The notes: a model not told the origin generated them from the sequence alone. Shown: positions 39,931-53,160, counted from the first letter of the stretch. The stretch: 64,000 nt of DNA from Squalus acanthias (GCA_030390025.1 JASTWF010000035.1:4340001-4404000); one strand, 5' to 3'. Program-made: numbers and translations.

Positions 39931-42552
39931 GAGCCTGAGGATATAGAGAGCGCGGCAGAGCGAGGCCCGAGAGTGGAGCCTGAGGATATAGAGAGCGCGG
40001 CAGAGCGAGGCCCGAGAGCGGAGCCTGAGGATATAGAGAGCGCGGCAGAGCGAGGCTCGAGAGTGGAGCCTGAGGATATAGAGAGCGCGGCAGAGCGAGG
40101 CCCGAGAGTGGAGCCTGAGGATATAGAGAGCGCGGCAGAGCGAGAGAGAGCGGAGCCTGAGGATATAGAGAGCGCGGCAGAGCGAGGCCCGAGAGCGGAG
40201 CCTGAGGATATAGAGAGCGCGGCAGAGCGAAGCCTGAGAGTGGAGCCTGAGGATATAGAGAGCGCGGCAGAGCGAGAGAGAGCGGAGCCTGAGGATATAG
40301 AGAGCGCGGCAGAGCGAGGCCCGAGAGCGGAGCCTGAGGATATAGAGAGCGCGGCAGAGCGAGGCCCGAGAGCGGAGCCTGAGGATATAGAGAGCGCGGC
40401 AGAGCGAAGCCTGAGAGTGGAGCCTGAGGATATAGAGAGCGCGGCAGAGCGAGAGAGAGCGGAGCCTGAGGATATAGAGAGCGCGGCAGAGCGAGGCCCG
40501 AGAGTGGAGCCTGAGGATATAAAGAGCGCGGCAGAGCGAGGCCCGAGAGTGGAGCCTGAGGATATAAAGAGCGCGGCAGAGTGAGGCCTGAGAGTGGAGC
40601 CTGAGGATATGGAGAGCGCGGCAGAGCGAGAGAGAGCGGAGCCTGAGGATATAGAGAGCGCGGCAGAGCGAGGCCCGAGAGCGGAGCCTGATGATATAGA
40701 GAGCGCGGCAGAGCGAGGCCCGAGAGCGGAGCCTGAGGATATAAAGAGCGCGGCAGAGCGAGGCCCGAGAGCGGAGCCTGAGGATATAAAGAGCGCGGCA
40801 GAGCGAGGCCCGAGAGCGGAGCCTGAGGATATAGAGAGCGCGGCAGAGCGAGGCCCGAGAGTGGAGCCTGAGGATATAAAGAGCGCGGCAGAGTGAGGCC
40901 CGAGAGTGGAGCCTGAGGATATAGAGAGCGCGGCAGAGCGAGGCCCGAGAGTGGAGCCTGAGGATATAAAGAGCGCGGCAGAGCGAGGCCCGAGAGCGGA
41001 GCCTGAGGATATAAAGAGCGTGGCAGAGCGAGGCCCGAGAGCGGAGCCTGATGATATAGAGAGCGCGGCAGAGCGAGGCCCGAGAGCGGAGCCTGAGGAT
41101 ATAAAGAGCGCGGCAGAGCGAGGCCCGAGAGCGGAGCCTGAGGATATAGAGAGCGCGGCAGAGCGAGAGAGAGCGGAGCCTGAGGATATAGAGAGCGCGG
41201 CAGAGCGAGAGAGAGCGGAGCCTGAGGATATAGAGAGCGCGGCAGAGCGAGGCCCGAGAGTGGAGCCTGAGGATATAAAGAGCGCGGCAGAGTGAGGCCC
41301 GAGAGTGGAGCCTGAGGATATAGAGAGCGCGGCAGAGCGAGGCCCGAGAGTGGAGCCTGAGGATATAAAGAGCGCGGCAGAGCGAGGCCCGAGAGCGGAG
41401 CCTGAGGATATAAAGAGCGCGGCAGAGCGAGGCCCGAGAGCGGAGCCTGAGGATATAGAGAGCGCGGCAGAGCGAGGCCCGAGAGCGGAGCCTGAGGATA
41501 TAGAGAGCGCGGCAGAGCGAGGCCCGAGAGCGGAGCCTGAGGATATAGAGAGTGCGGCAGAGCGAGGCCCGAGAGCGGAGCCTGAGGATATAGAGAGCGC
41601 GGCAGAGCGAGGCCCGAGAGTGGAGCCTGAGGATATAAAGAGTGCGGCAGAGCGAGGCCCGAGAGCGGAGCCTGAGGATATAAAGAGTGCGGCAGAGCGA
41701 GGCCCGAGAGCGGAGCCTGAGGATATAAAGAGTGCGGCAGAGCGAGAGAGAGCGGAGCCTGAGGATATAGAGAGCGCGGCAGAGCGAGGCCCGAGAGCGG
41801 AGCCTGAGGATATAGAGAGCGCGGCAGAGCGAGGCCCGAGAGTGGAGCCTGAGGATATAGAGAGCGCGGCAGAGCGAGAGAGAGCGGAGCCTGAGGATAT
41901 AGAGAGCGCGGCAGAGCGAGGCCCGAGAGCGGAGCCTGAGGATATAGAGAGCGCGGCAGAGCGAGGCCCGAGAGTGGAGCCTGAGGATATAGAGAGCGCG
42001 GCAGAGCGAGGCCCGAGAGTGGAGCCTGAGGATATAAAGAGCGCGGCAGAGCGAGAGAGAGCGGAGCCTGAGGATATAAAGAGTGCGGCAGAGCGAGGCC
42101 CGAGAGCGGAGCCTGAGGATAGAGAGAGCGCGGCAGAGCGAGGCCCGAGAGCGGAGCCTGAGGATATAAAGAGCGCGGCAGAGCGAGAGAGAGCGGAGCC
42201 TGAGGATATAAAGAGCGCGGCAGAGCGAGGCCCGAGAGCGGAGCCTGAGGATATAGAGAGCGCGGCAGAGCGAGAGAGAGCGGAGCCTGAGGATATAAAG
42301 AGCGCGGCAGAGCGAGGCCCGAGAGTGGAGCCTGAGGATATAAAGAGCGCGGCAGAGCGAGGCCCGAGAGCGGAGCCTGAGGATATAGAGAGCGCGGCAG
42401 AGCGAGGCCCGAGAGTGGAGCCTGAGGATATAAAGAGCGCGGCAGAGCGAGGCCCGAGAGCGGAGCCTGAGGATATAGAGAGCGCGGCAGAGCGAGGCCC
42501 GAGAGTGGAGCCTGAGGATATAAAGAGCGCGGCAGAGCGAGGCCCGAGAGTG
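39931..42552 (+). repeat. 45/42-bp minisatellite (~59 units), GAGCCTGAGGATATA(G/A)AGAGCGCGGCAGAGCGAGGCCCGAGAG(C/T)G, at the 5' end of CR1 F
   Basis: Tandem units read directly; both unit lengths are multiples of 3; runs straight into the CR1 5'UTR. Confidence 0.97.
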
Positions 42553-42795
42553 CAGGCAGCGGACCCAACAACAAAAACAAGGAGTGACGTCACAGGAAAG
42601 CAGGGAAGTGATTGGTTGGTCAGTATTTCTCTCTTTATCTTGGGCATTGGTTTAAATTAAGAGCCGGGATTAAAAACTAAACGTTCAAAAAGAGGGAGCT
42701 GATTGGTGAGTATCTGGTAAGTGTTTTTACTTGGCTTTCTCAAAGTTTTTAAGTTTATTCCAGCTAGGTTAGTAAATGATCTGTTAATTCGAGGT

Positions 42796-44167
42796 ATGGC
42801 AGGGCAGCTCACACCCGTGGAATGCACATCCTGTGCCATGTGGGAAGTCCTGGACATCTCCCGTGGTCTGGACGACCACATGTGCAGGAAGTGTCGCCAG
42901 CTACAGCAGCTCGAGCACCGGGTTACGGAGCTTGAGCGGTGGCTGCAGTCACTGCTGTGCATCCGCGAGGCTGAGAGCTTCGTGGACAGCACGTTTCGGG
43001 AGGTGGTCACCCCGCAGCTTCAGAGTGTGCAGGCAGAGAGGGAATGGGTGACCGTCAGACAGAAGAGGAGGACCAGGCAGGTAGTGCAGGAGTCCCCTGA
43101 GCCCATCTTGCTCACCAACCAGTATTCGGTGCTGAGTACTGGTGAGGGCAATGGTTCTTCTGGGGAGTGCAGCCAGAGCCAAGTCCACAGTACCATGGAA
43201 GGCTCAGCTGCACAGGCAGGGGGGGGAAGAGGAGAGGGAGAGCAATAGTGATAGGGGATTCAATAGTTAGGGGAGCAGACAGGCGTTTCTGTGGCCGCAG
43301 ACGTGACTCCAGGATGGTATGTTGCCTCCCTGGTTCCAGGGTCAAGGATGTCACTGAGCGGCTGCAGGGCATTCTGAGGGGGGAAGGGTGAACAGCCAGA
43401 GGTCGTGGTCCATATCGGTACCAACGACATAGGTAGGAAGAGGGATGAGGTCCTGCAGGCAGAGTTTAGGGAGCTAGGAAAGAGGTTAAAAAGCAGGACC
43501 TCAAAGGTAGTAATCTACCAGTGTCACGTGCTAGTGAGTTCAGAAATAGGAGGATAGAGCAGATGAATGCGTGGCTGGAGAGATGGTGTAGGAGGGAGGG
43601 GCAACACGGTGGCATAGTGGTTAGCACTGGTATCTCACAGCGCCAGGGACCCGGGTTCAATTCTGACCTCGGGTGACTGTCTGTGTGGAGTTTGCACATT
43701 CTCCCCGTGTCTGCGTGGGTTTCCTCCGGGTGCTCCGGTTTCCTCCCACAGTCCAAAAATGTGTGGGTTAGGTTGATTTGGCTATGATAAATTGACCCTT
43801 AGTTGTTAGGGGGGGGGAGGGGATTAAATATGTGGGGTAATGGGGATAGGATGGGATATGTTAGGGGGAATTAAATACGTGGGGGTAGGGTGGGATATGT
43901 GTACTGTGGGGATTAAAGCAGGGACAGGGTACTGGATTTGGATGATCAGCCATGATCGTATTGAATGGTGGAGCAGGCTCGACAGGGCCGAATGGCCTAC
44001 TCCTGCTCCTAGATTCTATGTTTCTATGTTTTAGATTCCTGAGGAATTGGAACCGTTTCTGGGGGAGGTGGGACCTATACAAGCCAGACGGGTTGCACCT
44101 CAACGGGAACGGGACCAATATCCTCGTGGGAGGGTTTGCTAGTGTTGTTGGGGAGGGTTTAAACTAG
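42796..44167 (+). pseudogene. CR1 ORF1 (zinc finger + leucine zipper + SGNH esterase-like domain), frameshifted and SINE-interrupted
   Basis: MAGQLTPVECTSC...HMCRKC, coiled coil, IVIGDSIVRG, CCLPG, DGLHLN...GEGLN*. Confidence 0.9.
43599..44029 (+). mobile_element. Full-length tRNA-derived HE1/V-SINE-like element inserted in CR1 ORF1
   Basis: A box TGGCATAGTGG, B box GGTTCAATTC, V-domain GGAGTTTGCACATTCTCCCCGTGTCTGCGTGGGTTTCCTCCGGGTGCTCCGGTTTCCTCCCACAGTCCAAA, CR1-like tail; ORF1 resumes TTAGATTCCT. Confidence 0.93.
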
Positions 44168-45040
44168 CTTGGCAGGGGGATGGGAACCTAAGTATAGAGT
44201 CAGTAGGGAGGGAATAAAAACTGGAATTGGAAAACAAAACATAGAAAGTAAATTGGAAGGACAGAGGAATCAAGAGCGAGATAGTAGTCAACAAGGAGGT
44301 TTGCCTGTACTAAATGGCATATACTTCAATGCAAGGAGCATAGCGAACAAGGCAGATGAGCTGAGGGCACAGGTAGATACTTGGGACTATGATATTATAG
44401 CTATTGCAGAGACGTGGCTGAAAGAGGGGCAGGTATGGCAGCTCAACATTCCTGGTTACAGGATTTTCAGACGGGATAGAGAGGGAGGTAAAAAGGGAGG
44501 GGGGGGGGGTCGCAGTATTGATTAAAGAAACTATTACAGCTGTGAGGAGGGATTATATGTTGGAGGGATCATCAAACGAGGCCATATGGGTCGAATTGAA
44601 AACAAAAAAAGGGGCGATCACACTGCTGGGAGTGTACTACAGACCCCCAAACAGTGAGAGGGAGATAGAAGAACAAATATGTAGACAAATTTCTGAGAAG
44701 TGCAAAAACTATGGGGCAGTAATAGTAGGGGATTTCAACTACCCCAATATTAACTGGGATACAATTAGTGTGAAGGGTATAGAAGGTGCAGAATTCCTAA
44801 AATGCATCCAGGAGAATTTTTTTAGCCAGTATGTAGCAAGCCCAACAAGGGAGGGGGCGGTTCTGGACTTAGTTTTAGGGAATGAAGCTGGGCAGGTAGA
44901 AGGCATATCAGTGGGGGAGCATTTTGGTGCTAGTGACCATAATTCTGTTAGATTTAAGGTAGTTATGGAAAAGGACAAGGATAGACAGGAATAAAAATTC
45001 TAAATTGGGGAAAAGCAAATTTTGCTAAGCTCAGAGGGAT

Positions 45041-46369
45041 AGAAACATTGAAACATAGAAGATAGGAGCAGGAGTCGGCCATTCAGCCCCTCGAGCCTGC
45101 TCCGCCATTCAATGAGATCATGGCTGATCATCCAAACTCAGTACCCTGTCCCTGCTTTCTCCCCATATCCCTTGATACCTTTAGCTTTAAGAAATATATC
45201 TAACTCATTCTTGAATATATTTAATGACTTGGCCTCAACTACCTTCTGTGGTAGAGAATTCCACAGGTTCACCACTCTCTGGGTGAAGAAATTCTTCCTC
45301 ATTTCTGTCCTAAATGGCTTACCCCTTATCCTTAGATTATGACCCCTGGTTCTGGACTCTCCGACCATCGGGAACATTCTTCCTGCATCTAGTTTGTCCA
45401 GACCTGTCAGAATTTTATATGTTTCAATGAGATCCCCTCTCATTCTTCTATACTCCAGCGAGTATAAGCCTAATCGACCCAATCTCTCCTCATATGTCAT
45501 TCCTGCCATCCCAGGTATCAGCCTTGTGAATCTTCGCTGAACTCCTTCCATGGCAAGAACATCCTTCCTCAGATAAGGCGACCAAAACTGCACACAGTAC
45601 TCAAGGTGTGGTCTCACCAACGGCCCTGTACAACTGCAGCAAGACATCCTTGCTCTTGTACTCAAACCCTTTCACTATGAAGGCCAACATACCATTTGCC
45701 TTCTTCACCGCCTGCTGCACCTGCATGCTTACCTTCAGCGACTGGTGCACAAGGACACCCAGGTCTCGTTGCACTTCCCCTTCTCCCAATCTATTGCCAT
45801 TCAGATAATAGTCTGCCTTTCTGTTTTTGACACCAAAGTGGATAACCTTGCATTTATCCACATTATATTGCATCTGCCACGCTTCTGCCCACTCACCCAA
45901 CCTGTCCAAATCATCCTTTTCTCGGTATCCTCCTCGCAGCACACACGCCCACCCAGCTTTGTGTCATCTGCAAACTTGGAGATATTACATTTAGTTCCCT
46001 TATCTAGATCATTAATGTATATTGTGAATAGCTGGGGTCCAAGGACCGATCCCTGCGGTACCCTACTAGTCACTGCCTGCCACTCGGAAAAAGACCCATT
46101 AATTCCTACTCTCTGCTTTCTGTCCGCCAACCAGTTCTCTATCCAAGTCAATACCTTGCCGCCAATCCCATGTGCCTTAACTTTACACGCTAATCTCTTA
46201 TGCGGGACCTTATCGAAAGCCTTTTGAAAGTCCAAATGCACCACATCTACTGGTTCTCCCTTATCTATTTTCCCAGTTACATCCTCAAAAATTCCAGTAG
46301 ATTAGTCAAGCACGATTTACCTTTTGTAAATCCATGTTGACTTTGTCCAATCCTGTCACTGTTTTAGCC
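45041..46369 (-). mobile_element. 5'-truncated CR1 'C3' nested in F ORF2
   Basis: Minus-strand RT ORFs 45138-46244; flanked by GGAT (45037-45040, 46370-46373). Confidence 0.9.
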
Positions 46370-47551
46370 GGATTTAGCCATAGTGGACTGGAAACAGCTA
46401 CTTGAAGGTAAATCAGTGTCAGAGCAGTGGGAGGCATTCAAGGAGGAGATCCGGAGGGTTCAGACCAAACATGTGCCCTTAAAGAAAAAAGGTGGGACTA
46501 ACAAATGTAGAGCCCCCTGGATGTCTAGGGACATACAGGATAGGATAAAGAAAACACGGGAGGCGTATGACAGATACCGAGGGCTAAATACTCCAGAATC
46601 TTTAGAGGAGTACAGAAAGTGCAGGGGTGCAATTAAAAAGAATATTAGGAAAGCAAAGAGAGAGCATGAAAAATTCTTGGCAAGTAAAATCAAGGAAAAC
46701 CCAAAGATGTTTTATAAATATATTAAGAGTAAGAGGATAACTAAAGAAAGGGTAGGGCCTATGAGAGATCATGAGGGTAATCTGTGCGTGGAGGCAGGAG
46801 ACGTCGGTAGGGTTCTTAATGAATACTTTGCGCCTGTTTTCACAAAGGAGAGGGGCGAAGCAGACATTGCTATCAGGGGGGAGGAGTGTGAAATATTAGA
46901 TGAAATAAACATAGTGAGAGAGGAGGTATTAAGGGGTTTAGCAGGTTTAAAAGTGGATAAATCCCCAGGCCCGGATGAAATGTATCCCAGGCTGTTAAGC
47001 GAAGCAAAAGAGGAAATAGCAGAGGCCCTGACCATCATTTTTCAATCCTCTCTGGCTTCAGGTATGGTGCCGGAGGAATGCTAATGTGGTACCCTTGTTT
47101 AAAAAGGGAGAAAAGGATAGACCGAGTAATTACAGGCCAGTCAGCCTAACCTCGGTAGTGGGAAAATTATTGGAAAGAATTCTGAAGGACAGGATAAATC
47201 TTCATTTAGAAAGACACGGATTAATCAAGGATAGTCAGCACGGATTTGTTAAGGGAAGGTCGTGTCTGACAAACTTGATTGAATTTTTTGAGGAGGTAAC
47301 AAGGAGGGTAGATGAGGGTAGTGTGTTTGATGTAGTTTATATGGACTTTAGCAAGGCTTTTGATAAGGTTCCACATGGCAGACTGGTCACGAAGTTAAAA
47401 GCCCATGGGATCCAGGGCAAAGTGTCAAGTTGGATTCAAAACTGGCTCGGAGACAGGAAGCAGAGGGTAATGGTTGATGGGTGTTTGTGTGACTGGAAGG
47501 CTGTTTCCAGTGGTGTTCCGCAGGGCTCAGTACTAGGTCCCTTGCTTTTTG

Positions 47552-50258
47552 CTGGTAAAAGAGGGGATAAATGCAATTGAAAGGAAGGATATTAACTCAG
47601 TTAATACAGAATCTATATGGGTGGAGCTAAGAAATAGCGAGGGGCGAAAAACATTAATAGGAGTGGTATATAGGCCTCCAAATAGTAAAATAGAGGTTGG
47701 GGAGGGCATCACGAGGGAAATTAGAGAAGCGTGCAATAAGAGCACAGCTGTCATCATAGGTGACTTTAACTTACATATAGATTGGACTAGCCTATCAGTA
47801 AAAATAATGAGGAGGAGGAATTCCTTGAGTGTTTAAGGGATGGTTATCTGGATCAATATGTCGAGGAACCAACTCGGGAACAGGCTATATTGGACTGGGT
47901 ACTGTGCAATGAGAAGGGACTAATTAGTAATCTTGTTGTACGGGGATCCTTGGGTCAGAGCGATCATAACATGATCGATTTCTCACTCGAAATGGAGAGC
48001 GAAGAAATTGACTCAGAGACTAAGGTCCTGAATTTAAACAAGGGGAATTATGATGCCATTAGACGGGAACTGAGTAGGTCTGATTGGACAACGTTCCTGG
48101 GAGGACTGGAGGTAGATAAACAATGGCAAGCATTTAAAGATAGAATGACAAAATTGCAAAAATTGTTTATACCAATCTGGCATAAAAGGAAATCTAAAAA
48201 GGTGACTCAACCGTGGATAACAGGGGAAATTAGAGACAGCATAAAATCCAAAGATAGGGCGTATAAAATAGCCAAAAAAAGCACCAGAGCGGAAGATTGG
48301 GAACAGTTTAAGATAGAGCAAAGGAGGACAAAGGGCTTAATCAAGAGGGGCAAAATAGCTTACGAAAGCAAGCTGGCGGAAAATATAAAAACTAACTCCA
48401 AAAGCTTTTATAAGTATATCAAGAGGAAAAGACTGGTGAAAACCAAAGTTGGTCCATTGCAGTCAGATACGGGGGAATATATAACGGGAAATAAGGAAAT
48501 GGCAGACCAACTAAATGCATACTTTGGGTCAGTCTTTACGAAGGAAGACACAAAAAACCTCCCTGGGATATCGGGAAAAATAGGGACATTGGCAAAGGAG
48601 GAACTGACGCAAATCAATATCTCTAAGGATATGGTGTTAAGGAAGCTAAAGGGATTGAAGGCGGACAAATCCCCAGGGCCTGATAACATGCATCCTAGGG
48701 TACTGAAGGAGGTGGCCCTAGAGATAGCGGATGCACTAAGTATGATTTTTCAGAATTCATTAGACTCGGGAACAGTGCCCATGGATTGGAGGGTAGCTAA
48801 CGTTACCCCACTATTCAAAAAGTGGGGTAGGGAAAAAGCAGGTAATTACAGACCTGTAAGCCTTACATCAGTTGTGGGCAAAATGCTGGAGTCCATCATT
48901 AAGGATGAAATAGCGGAGCAATTAGCAAATGGGGACAGGATAGGACAGAGTCAACATGGATTTACAAAGGGTAAATCGTGCTTGACTAATCTATTGGAAT
49001 TTTTTGAGGGAGTAACTGGTAAAATAGATGGGGGAGAGCCAGTAGATGTGGTGTACCTGGACTTCCAAAAGGCCTTCGACAAGGTCCCACATAAAAGATT
49101 AGCATGGAAAATTGAAGCTCATGGGATAAAGGGGAAAGTATTGACGTGGATAGAGAACTGGCTGTCAGATAGAAAACAGAGAGTTGGAATAAACGGCTCA
49201 TTTTCTGAATGGCAGGCAGTAACAAGTGGGGTACCACAGGGATCTGTCCTGGGTCCCCAGCTGTTCACAATTTACATTAATGACCTGGATCAGGGAGTCG
49301 GATGCAGCATTTCCAAATTTGCAGACGACACTAAACTAGGAGGGGGGGTGGGCTCAGAGGAGGAGACCAGGAAGCTCCAGAGCGATTTGGACAGACTGGG
49401 TGATTGGGCGATAAATGGCAGATGCACTATAATGTGGACAAATGCGAAGTTATCCACCTTGGGTGCAGGAACGGGAGGGCAAATTATTATTTAAATGGCA
49501 ATAAATTGGGAGAGGGGGAAGTACAGAGAGACCTGGGTGTTCTTGTACACCAGTCACTGAAGGCGAGCATGCAGGTGCAACAGGCGGTCAAGAAGGCAAA
49601 CGGTATGCTGGCCTTCATAGCAAAAGGGTTGGAATACAGGAACAGGGATACCTTGCTGCAGCTGTACAGGGCACTGGTGAGACCACACCTCGAGTACTGT
49701 GTACAGTTTTGGTCGCCTCATCTGAGGAAAGATGTTCTTGCCATGGAGGGGGTGCAGCGGCGATTCACCAGGCTGATACCAGGAATGGCGGGATTGACCT
49801 ATGAGGAGAGACTATGTAGTTTAGGGATGTACACACTGGAGTTTAGAAGATTGAGAGGGGACCTCATAGAAGTGTATAAAATTCTGACAGGTCTAGACAG
49901 ACTAGATGCAGAAGGAATGTTTCCCTTGGCGGGTGAGAACAGAACTAGAGGACATAATTTAAGGATAAGGGCTAAACCATTTAGGACAGAAATGAGGGGG
50001 AATTTCTTCACTCAGAGGGTGGTGAACCTGTGGAACTCATTGCCACAGAGGGCAGTGTACGCCAGCTCATTAAATATATTTAAGAGGGAATTAGATATAT
50101 TTCTACAGGCAAAAGGGGTTAAGGGTTACGGAGAGAAGGCGGGGATGGGATACTGAATTGGAGGATCAGCCATGATCTCATTAAATGGCGGAGCAGGCTC
50201 GAAGGGCTGGATGGCCTACTCCTGCTCCTATCTTCTATGTATCTATGTATCTATGTAT
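47552..50258 (+). mobile_element. Young CR1 'E1' (most of ORF2, two frameshifts) nested in F RT
   Basis: ORFs 47549-47836, 47890-49494 (534 aa), 49404-50156; tail (ATCTATGT)n; host breaks at GPLLF and resumes at LDLNIG. Confidence 0.92.
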
Positions 50259-51570
50259 CTAGACTTGAATATAGGGGATATGATTAAGAAGTTTGCAGAT
50301 GATACTAAAATCGGCTGTGTGGTTGATATTGAAGAAGGAAGCTGTAGACTGCAGGAAGATATCAATAAATTGGTCAGGTGGGCAGAACAGTGGCAAATGG
50401 AATTCAATCTGGAGAAGTGTGAGGTAATGCATTTGGGGAGGGCTAACAAGGAAAGGGAATACACATTAAATGGTAGGATACTGAGTAGTGTAGAGGAACA
50501 AAGAGACCTTGGAGTGCATGTCCACAGATCCCTGAAGATAGCAGGCCAGGTAGATAAGGTGTTTAAGAAGGCGTACGGAATGCTTGCCTTTATTAGCTGT
50601 GGCACAGAATACAAGAGCAGGGGGGGTTATGCTTCAACTGTATAAAACACTAGTTAGGCCTCAGCTAGAGTACTGCGTGCAGTTCTGGTCACCACATTAC
50701 AGGAAAGATGTGATTGCACTAGAGAGGGTACAGAGGAGATTTACGAGGATGTTGCCGGGAGTAGAGAATCTTAGCTATGAGGAAAGACTGGATTGGCTGG
50801 GTCTGTTTTCCTTGGAACAGAGGAGGCTGAGGGGAGACCTTATTGAGGTGTATAAAATTATGAGGGGCATAGATAAAGTGGATAGAAAGGACCTATTTCC
50901 CTTAGCAGAGGGGTCAAAAACCAGGGGACACAGATTTAAAGTAATTGGGGGAAGGTTTAGAGGGGATTTGAGGGGAAATTTCTTCACCCAGAGGGTGGTG
51001 AGGGTCTGGAACTCACTGCCTGAAAGGGTGGTAGAGGCAGAAACCCTAACCACATTTAAAAAGTACTTGGATGTGCACTTGGGATGCTCTAACCTGCAGG
51101 GCTACGGACCAAGAGCTGGGAAGTGGGATTAGGCTGGATAGCTCTTTGTTGGCCAGCACGGACACAATGGGCCGAAATGGCCTCCTTCCGTGCTGTAACT
51201 TTCTATGATTCGATGATTCTAGGTGTTTAAACGGGAGGTCGTTGGGTAATTACTTGGGAAGTAAGAGTATTGATGGATATGGAAAGTGGGCAGGGCATTG
51301 GAATTAAAAAGATCGGCCTACAATGGGAAATAAAATGGTGCAGCAATGTTGATGGGCTGAATTGCCTAATCCAGTCCAAGGTCCGAGAACAATAAGTTGT
51401 GTGAAGAAGAATAGATGGAGTCTCACTGCAGCTGTGCGAGCCCAGAGTGATCCATGGATTCTCATCTCCTCGTGCTGGGTTGACCAGGTAATGGACGAGG
51501 GGGGTTGTGCCCATGGAGGAGCATTGCTGTCACCTCACACTGAACTGTAATCTTTTGTATCTTCACACAG

Positions 51571-51816
51571 GCAGCTCAGGCTCAGTCTCAGGCTCCACTC
51601 CTGAAGCCAGGGCGCCCGGCTCACTCACAGCCAGTCAACATTGTGCGTCCTCTGGCCGTACCCAAGCACAGTGACAGTAATCTCAAGCCACCGCGGCCAG
51701 CCACACCACCAGTGAGGAACTCTCCAATTGTCTCTGTGAAACTAAAGAACCATCCATCTAAACTAGGAGCTCCCAGGAAACCACTGCCTTTCAACCCACC
51801 ACCCCAAACACCACTG
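51571..51816 (+). CDS. Internal coding exon, proline-rich ADAM12/19/33(13)-like cytoplasmic tail (AAQAQ...QPVNIVRPL...APRKPLPFNPPPQTPL)
   Basis: Acceptor TCTTTTGTATCTTCACACAG|, donor CTG|GTGAGT; 246 bp, phase 0-0, open. PVNIVRPL and RKPLPxNP resemble recalled ADAM12 VDISRPL and QKPLPADP. Confidence 0.8.
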
Positions 51817-52077
51817 GTGAGTATGACCTTTGCTCTCTCTGGGTAGCGTTCTGGTGCTACAGATGTAGCACTGAGTGTGGGCTGGTCAGGCTAATCCTTC
51901 CAAAACAAGAGAAACAGCGTGGGCCTTAACTGCACCCCAGGGTGAGGCTATTGCTGCCCAGCGCAGGACCAATCTTTGCAGGTTGTTGTAAAAGGAAAAG
52001 CATTTGCTGGAGAGAGCGGGTGGATGTTGGTCATCTGCAGTGGCTGGGACTGAGTTGATAATGGCACAATTATTTTT

Positions 52078-52302
52078 GTGTTCTTGGGATGTGGTTGAAA
52101 TTGGCAAAGCTGTATTTATTTGTCCGCACCTAGTTGCCGAGGGCATTGAGTTAGCTGCAGAGTGTGGGACTGGAGTCACGTGTAGGCCAGACCGGGTAAG
52201 GGTGGCAGGTTTTCCTTCCCTGGAGGATGTTACTGACCCGGGTGGGTTTTTATGACAATCTGGCAGATTTTCTGGTGCCCGTCTTAAACTCCCAGATTTA
52301 TT
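52078..52302 (-). mobile_element. Degenerate Deu-domain (SacSINE1-like) SINE fragment
   Basis: CTGGAGTCACGTGTAGGCCAGACCGGGTAAGGGTGGCAGGTTTTCCTTCCCT...GGGTTTTTATGACAATC resembles a recalled shark SINE in reverse; a related head occurs at ~54720-54778. Confidence 0.6.
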
Positions 52303-52630
52303 GAATCGTTTCACAAACTGCATCGCTCGTCCTTCGAATCATCGAATCGTTTCACAAACTGCATCGCTCGTCCTTCGAATCATCGAATCGTTTCACAAAC
52401 TGCATCGCTAGTTCTTCGAATCATCGAATCGTTTCACAAACTGCATTACTAGTTCTTCGAATCATCGAATCGTTTCACAAACTGCATTACTAGTTCTTCG
52501 AATCATCGAATCGTTTCACAAACTGCATCGCTCGTCCTTCGAATCATCGAATCGTTTCACAAACTGCATTACTAGTTCTTCGAATCATCGAATCGTTTCA
52601 CAAACTGCATCGCTAGTTCTTCGAATCATA
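52303..52630. repeat. 41-bp minisatellite, 8 copies
   Basis: GAATCGTTTCACAAACTGCAT(CG/TA)CT(C/A)GT(C/T)CTTCGAATCATC starting at 52303, 52344 ... 52590. Confidence 0.95.
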
Positions 52631-53160
52631 GAATGATACAGAAGGAGGACATTCGGCTCTTTGAAAGTGCTCTCCAATTAGTCCCACACCCAGCTTTCTC
52701 CCCAGAACCCCGCAAATGAGTCCTCTTCAAGGACATGTCCAGTTTATTTTGAAAGTTCCTGTGGAATCTGATTCCACCTCCCTTTCAGGCAGTGCGTTCC
52801 CGATATTAACCACCCTCTGTGTGAAGACATTTCTCCTCATTGTCCTTCCAGTTCTTTTGCCAATTATTTTTAATCTGTGACCTCTGGTCACCGACCCACT
52901 TGTCAGAGGAAACAGTTTCGCCCTACTTGGGCTATCAAAACCCCTCATCATTTTAAATCCCTTCCAGGATTTGTGAATATGCACCCCCAGGTCCCTCTGC
53001 TCTTGCACCCCCTCAGAATCGTCCCATTCAGATTGTACTGCCTCTCCATGTTGTTTCTCCTGAAGGGCTTCACTTCACACTTATCCGCATTAAACTACAT
53101 CTGCCATGTGTCTGCCCATATCACCAGTCTGTCCTCCTGAAGTCTGCTACTATCCTGCTC
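52623..53160 (-). mobile_element. Old degenerate CR1 3' fragment
   Basis: ORF 52727-53008(-) with QRDLGVHIHKS, TRGHRLK, FTQRVV; tail GAATCATAGAAT on + strand. Confidence 0.85.

Larger units (their letters stand above)
39875..51221 (+). mobile_element. Full-length CR1 LINE 'F' (5' monomer array, ORF1, ORF2, 3'UTR) with nested SINE, C3 and E1
   Basis: 5'UTR, ORF1 42796-44167, ORF2 ~44169-51132 (YFNARS, YRPP, GDFN, QHGF, KAFDKVPH, FADDTK), tail CTTTCTATGATTCGATGATTCTA. 5' start approximate. Confidence 0.9.

Noticed and set aside
39858..42660. 929-aa, 896-aa and 451-aa repetitive ORFs on both strands
   Set aside because: They arise because 45- and 42-bp units are multiples of 3; open on both strands, no unique domain, plus frame broken by TGA variants.
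43599..43680. tRNA gene
   Set aside because: A and B boxes are the head of a SINE, continuing into V-domain and LINE tail.
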